From: the human T2T-CHM13v2.0 reference genome, Homo sapiens
DNA: 64,000 bases
Reading direction: 5' to 3' (one strand)
Assembly: GCF_009914755.1 (NCBI RefSeq)
Contig: NC_060947.1
Below the pieces are notes generated by a model, which was not told where the DNA came from, made no database searches, and saw nothing but the letters and a program-made list of their open reading frames with translations. Both the position numbers and the translations under genes were made by a program. Position 1 is the first letter of the stretch. Every line of letters begins with the position of its first letter. Below, in pieces: positions 51,366 through 64,000 of this stretch.

Positions 51366-51498
51366 TCAAAAAAAAAAAATTAATTTTGCCAATTTGATGG
51401 TTGTGAAATATTACCAATCAAATTGCTTTGAGGTAAGAATAAGTCCCATCTCCTTCACTCTGTGTCATTCTACTTTTAATTTTCCTGATTACTAGTAA

Positions 51499-51855
<357 letters not shown>

Positions 51856-52210
51856 TGAGTAGCTAGGATTGCAGGTGCCTGCCACCACGCCCAGCTAATT
51901 TTTTGTATTTTCAGTAGAGATGGGGTTTCACTATGTTGGCCAGGCTGGTCTCCAACTCCTGACCTCGTGATCCGCCCACCTCAGCCTCCCAAAGTGCTGG
52001 GATTACAGGCGTGAACCACCGCGCCCAGTCTCCTGGCTAATTTTGTTTATATTTTGTAGTGATGAGGTCTTGCTATTTTGCCCAGGCTTTGTTTTCCCAT
52101 TTTTAAATTGAGTTACCTTTTTTGATTTATGAGAGTTCTTTATATGTAGTGGGTATTCATTATTTGCTGCTATATTTATAGCAATTTTCTTCTCCCATTT
52201 GGTGGCTTAA

Positions 52211-52399
<189 letters not shown>

Positions 52400-52419
52400 T
52401 AGAGATTGGGTCTCACTAT

Positions 52420-53611
52420 CATAAACCAAAAACAAACTCTAAGCCCCCCAGCCAATTGAATGGACCCCTCCTCTTGGCCAAAGGCATTCCTAAGTTAACC
52501 TGAAAAACTAGTTGAGGCCATGATGGGAAGTGGGGGTCCAAAATGCCTCATTATTTTCTCCTCCCATTGGAATTCAGACACAGCTGAGCAGCATTTAACA
52601 TTAAAACAGAGACCTTAAGTGCTGGGAGCGGTGGCTCACGCCTATAATCCCAGCACTTTGGGAGACTGAGGCGGGCAGATCACGAGGTCAGGAGATCGAG
52701 ACCATCCTGGCTAACATAGTGAAACCCCATCTCTACTAAAAATACAAAAAATTAGCCGGGCGTGGTGGCAGGCACCTGCATTCCCAGCTACTCCGGAGGC
52801 TGAGGCAGAATGGCGTGAACCTGGGAGGTGGAGCTTGCAGTGAGTGGAGATCATGCCACTGCACTCCAGCCTAGGCAACAGAGCGAGACTCTGTCTCAAA
52901 AAACAAACAAACAAACAAACAAACAAACAAAGAAAAAAACCAGAGACCTTAAGACAAACAAAGCAGACTCTTTATAGCAATAAGATACCAACAGGACAGA
53001 TAGCAGGCTCTAAAAGAAATCAAAGTATTTTCCCCACCAATATATTTATTTGACATATTTTGAAATGGCATGGCCCTGCAAAGCTGTTTCTTGTGGGGAC
53101 AATCTACATACTGTAGTGAATCCTCTACCCTTTCTAGATCTTCCCCCGCCTATCCAGGAGACAATTAACTAAGAGTATGGCACCTCTTTAAGTCTAATAA
53201 GAAACATTTATAGTCTATTCTCTCTGAAGCCTGCTACCTGGAGGCTTCATCTGCATAATAAAAACCTTGGTCTCCACAACCCCTTATCATAACCCAGACA
53301 CTCTCATCTATTGATTCCAGGTCTTTAGATAAACTCTTTCAAGGAATTGCCAGTCAGGAAATCTTTGAATCTATCTATGACTTGGACCTTCGACTTGTCC
53401 TGCCTTTCTGGACCCAACCAATGTACAGCTTACATGTATTGATTGATGTCTTATGTCTCCCTAAAATGTATAAAACCAAGCTGTGTAGCTCAACCACCTT
53501 GGGCACACGTTCTCAGGACCTCCTGAGGCTGTATTATGGGCATGTCCTTAACCTTAGCAAAATAAACTTCTAAGTTGATTGTGACTTGTCTCAAATACTT
53601 TTCGGTTTATA
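52420..53611 (+). mobile_element. MER4-family solo LTR (ERV1) inserted in an AluJ and itself carrying an AluY-like copy (52619-52940)
   Basis: Ends cataaacc / ggtttata (degenerate TG..CA); 4-bp TSD ctat; MER4-like ctaagcccccc..gaatggacccctcctc. Confidence 0.8.
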
Positions 53612-54686
53612 CTATGTTGCCTGGGCTGGTAAATTCCTGGACTCAAGCAATCCTCCCGCCCAGACTCCCAAAGTGCTGGAATTACAGGCATGAACCACCA
53701 TGCCCAGCTTAATTTTTTCATAAAATTTTCCCCTGTACAGCTATCATCCATCCACTCATCTATATCATTCTGGCTCTTAGAATATATCCTATAGATGTGT
53801 TCATGAACACAGATGTAAAAAAAGAAAAAAAGAGATTATATCCAATAGAAACTTCACCAAGGCTGGGCACGGTGGCTCATGCCTGTAATCCCAACACTTT
53901 GGGAGGCTGAGGAGGGCAGATCACCTGAGGTCAGGAGTTTGAAACCAACCTGGCCAACATGGTGAAACCCTGTCTCTACTAAAAATACAAAAAAACTAGC
54001 CAGGCATGATGGCGCACGCCTGTAGTCCCCAGCTACTTGGGAGGCCGAGGCAGGAGAATCGCTTTAACCTGGCAGAGGTTGCAGTGAGCTGAGATCGCAC
54101 CACTGCGCTCCAGCCTGGGCAACAGCGTAAGACTCCATCTCAAAAAAAACAAAAATAAACTTCACCAATTGTTAACTCTGGTTACTCCGGGATGTGAGAT
54201 TTTGGGGTTCTTGTTGCTTTGTTTGTTCTTTGTCGATTGACTTTTCTATAAAAAGCATATTTGATTTTTTAAAAGCAATGAAGTCTGCATTTCCTGTTTA
54301 GTTGGAGGTGTGAATTGAGAATCTGGAGAATGAGAAAAGAAGGAAAAGAAAAAATTTATTTGCAATTTGCTTGGGGGAGGGTGGGATTGGGAATCAAGTG
54401 AAGTTTGGCAAGGAGACTCAAACCAGTTGCTGTCTCTCACTTCCAGCTGAGGTAGGAATGAAGCAAGTTTACCAGTGAGTGGCAGGCCGCCACATTTCAT
54501 AAAAACCTACATATGTGGCCCGGTGCAGTGGCTCATGCCTGTAATCCCAGCACTTTGGGAGGCCGAGGCACGTGGATCACGAGGTCAGGAGCTCGATACC
54601 AACCGGATGAACATGGTGAAACCCTGTCTCTACTAAAGATAAAAAAATTAGCCGGGCATGGTGGTGCATGCCTGTAATCCCAGCTA

Positions 54687-54794
<108 letters not shown>

Positions 54795-54865
54795 TCAAAA
54801 AACAAACAAACAAAAAACAAAAAATCCTACATATGTGCTCAGAATTCCACATGGATGAGTAGTGA

Positions 54866-55188
<323 letters not shown>

Positions 55189-55373
55189 TAGTAGAGACAG
55201 GGTTTCTCCATGTTGGTCAGGCTGGTCTCGAACTCCCGACCTCAGGTGATCCTCCTGCCTCGGCCTCCCAAAGTGCTGGGATTGCAGGCATGAGCCACTG
55301 CGCCCGGCCTGTCTGGCTTCTTTAACTCAACATTGTGTTTGTAAGTCTTCCATGTTGTTGTGTGTTGAGATAG

Positions 55374-55409
55374 TTTGCTTCTCAGCCCTTTGGCTAAGAT
55401 CAAGTGTAG
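55374..55409 (+). pseudogene. 3'-truncated U2 snRNA fragment (nt 1-36)
   Basis: 32/36 identity to ATCGCTTCTCGGCCTTTTGGCTAAGATCAAGTGTAG. Confidence 0.85.
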
Positions 55410-55585
55410 AAATATGAAGTATTGGTTTTAAGTCACTTTGATTGTATTATCTTCACTTTCATTTTGTATTCTGGATACAAATCCTTCCTTGGATATATGT
55501 ATTTGAAACATCTCCCTCTCTGTCTTGCCTTTTCACTCTCTTTTGTTAAACAGTGTATTTTGTTAAATAGCAGTTCTTTCTTTTA

Positions 55586-56105
<520 letters not shown>

Positions 56106-56330
56106 CAGTTATTTATTTCAATCAAGTCCAATTTATCATTTGTTCCTTCAATGGTTAGCACTTTTTGTGTCCTGTTTAAAAAATCTTTGCTAACTTCCAG
56201 ATAATATTTTTAAATATTAGGCTTTTTTCCTCCCTGTATTTTACCCTTTCTTTCTCCCTTTCTAGAAAATAGCAGGCTCTGTGCTTTATTACCTTCTAGG
56301 AAGTAGGTGGCCCAGCTGAGAGCAGATTAG

Positions 56331-57023
<693 letters not shown>

Positions 57024-57417
57024 TAAGGAGAATTGGGTTTGAAGGAGAATGGGGCTCCCATCAGATTATAAAGAGATGTCCCTTGGGTTGCAGGCTGAAG
57101 GGGGGAAATTTCAGCTGGGGAGCTGGGCCTGACTTCTTACAGATTCCTGGTAAGGGCTCGCAGTGGAATAGTTGCTTAATGAATGTGGGAGCTAGGAATG
57201 CAAGGCCTGTGTTGACATGTATTATAAGAAATTTCTGTGTCCCAAGCATGGCACAGAAGCCACAGAGAGCCTACCAATCTAAAAATACCAAGTGAACAAT
57301 GTCCCTCAGTGATAACCTGTGGGGATAAACAATCCTCCTCAACACCTTGCCAAGGTTTGGCATTACATAAGACCCCAGAACCAGTTAGGGAAGCCCCAAG
57401 AATTTAACCAAGATTGA

Positions 57418-57808
<391 letters not shown>

Positions 57809-58303
57809 TGAGAAAGGGGATCATTAAAAACTATTTAAAGATGTAATCATGGAACATGGATGGAAATTACTTGATGTGAACTGCAGGTGAAAGTGTAATC
57901 TTCTTAATAAATTCCAGTTTCAGCCAGCATAGCTTCCTGAATGATCTAGGATTAAAATAATAACATGGTTTAAAATGGAAGGTTTTTTTTCCCCCCTGAA
58001 TTGTATTCCTTTTCTTGATCCTCTTAGGAGCTCACCAAACTTTTCTTCCTTCTGTATTTTTCCTTTCCCTTAAAACAAAATGAACTTTGTTGCTTTCATT
58101 AGACCTAAAAAATGCTCTTAATTTTTATAATATGAAGTTTAAAATGCTCATAATTTATTTTTTTTATTTATTTATTTGAGACCGGGTCTCACTCTGTTGC
58201 CCAGGCTGGAGTCCAGTGGCATGAACACAGCTTACAGCAGCCTCGACCTTCCAGGTTCAAATGAACCTCAGACCACCTCAGCAGTCCCACCTCAGCCTCC
58301 TGA

Positions 58304-58600
<297 letters not shown>

Positions 58601-58762
58601 TAGGCCTCCCAAAGTGCTAGGATTACAGGCGTGAGCCACCTCGCCCGGCCTAAAACAATTTTTTTTCTTTATTTTTTAATTTATTTTTTTGAGATGGGGT
58701 CTCACTATGTTGCCCAGGCTGGTCTTGTACTCCTGGACTCAAGCAAGCCTCCTCCCACCTAG

Positions 58763-59050
<288 letters not shown>

Positions 59051-59201
59051 TGACCTCGTGATCTGCCCACCTCGGGCTCCCAAAGTGCTGGGATTACAGG
59101 CGTGAGCCACCGCACCCGACCAACCTGGCCTACTTTTTAAAATGTTTAAAATAAAATAATATTTGATGTATATGAAAGAATATTTGTAATTTGTTATTTA
59201 A

Positions 59202-59423
<222 letters not shown>

Positions 59424-59526
59424 TAGTAGAGACAGGGTTTCACCGTGTTAGCCAGGATGGTCTTGATCTCCTGACCTCGTGATCCGCCTGCCTCGGCCTC
59501 CCAAAGTGCTGGGATTACAGGCATGA

Positions 59527-61550
<2,024 letters not shown>

Positions 61551-61589
61551 GTTTCAAAGTTCTTAATTTTAATGTGGTCTATATAAGAT

Positions 61590-62610
61590 CAGGTCTTATT
61601 ATCAATAAGTTACAAATTACTTGAAAACGTAGTGGCTGTGGTCTCACCTGAAGGGTTGAGTGAAGGAGAATCCACTTCCAAACTCACTTATGTGATGATT
61701 AATAACCCTGGTGTCTTGTCTTGGGTGTCTTTCTATAGATCTGCCTCATGATGTGGAAACTGAGTTCCAGGGTGAGCAATCTGAGAGAGAGAGAGAGAGC
61801 TAGAGAGAGAGAGAGAGAGAGACTTTGCAGACAGAAGCCACCATGTTTTTGTGACCTAATCTCAAAAGGGCTATTCCATCACTTCCGGCCTATTGTATAT
61901 GTTAGAAGCAAATCACTACATCCAGTCCATTTCCAAGGAGAAGGGATCATACAAGTGTATGAATATCAGGAGAAAGGGATCATCGGTGCCATCTTAGAGA
62001 CTGCCTACCACACAGGGGGAAGTATGCTCCATAGATGGGGGAACTATAGTATTCTCCAGTATTTTCTTCTAAAGATTTTGAAGTTGTCACTGCCCTGCAG
62101 CCAAAGACCACCAGTAAGAGACCTGAATTGAGTATGGACACACTTGAACAAGTTGGGTTTATTACTCATTGTAGCAAGGGAGGACATATCATGAGCAATC
62201 AAGGGGTTTCTCAGTAAGATCATGTTAGAAGGAAACTCTTATTTGACTTTGGTTTGGTGATTTGGAGGAGGGTCTAAGATAGTCGTGGTTTAGTCTAGGT
62301 TGAATGCTATCAGAAAGCAGGGACAGTTCTATGATTGTATATCTCAATAAATCTTATCTATAGGGAGGGGAAAATATTGTGAAGATAAAGTTGAAATTGG
62401 TAAAGAAGTAACAGTCACTTATTTTGGGCCAGAGAGGGGTCATTTGGTATATTGTGGGTGGCACAGTGCTTAGACAAAATTATGAAGTGACCTTGATTTG
62501 TCTCATTTTTTTTTCATGGTCTCAGAATAAACTTGTTTGAGGTTGATATTCTGTGAGATTGTTTATGTCTAAATAGGAGAATAACATAGCCTACCTCTGA
62601 GTGTTAAGCC
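61590..62610. mobile_element. Old MaLR/ERVL LTR remnants (MLT1-like, then MER76/77-like) with (GA)n at 61783-61822
   Basis: ggagaatccacttccaaactcact; gggtttattactcattgtagcaagggag; family assignment tentative. Confidence 0.5.
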
Positions 62611-62691
62611 AGTTTCTGAATATCAGGGGCTGCTATTTTTTGTTTCTTTTTCAAAGTTTTGCCTGTATTTTTAAGTGATTAAGAAGCCTAG

Positions 62692-63352
<661 letters not shown>

Positions 63353-64000
63353 TGAAAACAGGAGAATGATTGAATTACCTAGATATCTGGCTCCATAATA
63401 AATGTTTACGTAGTACTTTTAAATAATGAAGGACTAAATGGGGAGGGGACAAAACATCATAGAAAAGGTTACAAGAATAGTTTTAGACAGATGTAGGTCA
63501 AATATAAAGAATCTGAATTTGCTGTAAGTTGCCATTTAGATAGCTTGAAATTTAGTCTATGTTCTTGGATTTCTAAAAATCTTTTGTTTTTGTTTTTTTA
63601 AAAAAATCATTTTATTTTTTAACTACTTTATTGAAGTGTAATTGACACACAAAAAGCTATACATATTTAATGTGTACAACTTGATTAATTTGGAGGTAAG
63701 TATACACCTGTGAAGCCACTACTGCAATCTATGCCATAAACCTATCCGTCATCTCCAAAACCTTCCTCCACTCACCCTCTTTATAATGTTTGTTTATTTA
63801 TTTTTATGTATTTTATCTTGATTTTTAGTAAAGACGAATTCAACCTGGGAGGCGGAGGTTTCAGTGAGCCGAGATCGCGCCACTGCACTCCAGCCTGGGC
63901 GAAAGAGCAAGACTCCGTCTCAAAAAAAAAAAAAAAAAAAGCCAGGCACTGTTCTAAGTATGTCATACAGACTAATTTATGTGTATCTCACAATAACCTA

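Overview
Primate, human-like genomic DNA that is extremely Alu-dense. It contains no protein-coding exon that I can support. A CpG-island promoter at ~17.3-19.1 kb carries a non-coding first exon on the minus strand, so 1-17.5 kb is intron 1 and 19-64 kb is upstream/intergenic sequence. From memory, the layout (U6 copy in intron 1, long gene-free upstream) resembles human WNK3 on Xp11.22; this is unverified. Nearly all ORFs in the supplied track are Alu or L1 translations. I found no new enzymatic or defence system. The real signal is retrotransposition history that can be read from target-site duplications (TSDs): (1) a ~2.75 kb U6 snRNA/unknown-RNA chimeric retrocopy with poly(A) and TSD inside a split MIR; (2) an Alu carrying 80 nt of 3' flank that ends at a Pol III terminator; (3) a retroposed 28S rRNA 3' end; (4) two sites hit repeatedly at the same nick; (5) a 27-nt L1-templated insertion inside an Alu; (6) two tiny orphan poly(A)+TSD insertions. 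Repeat family names and boundaries are by eye and approximate.
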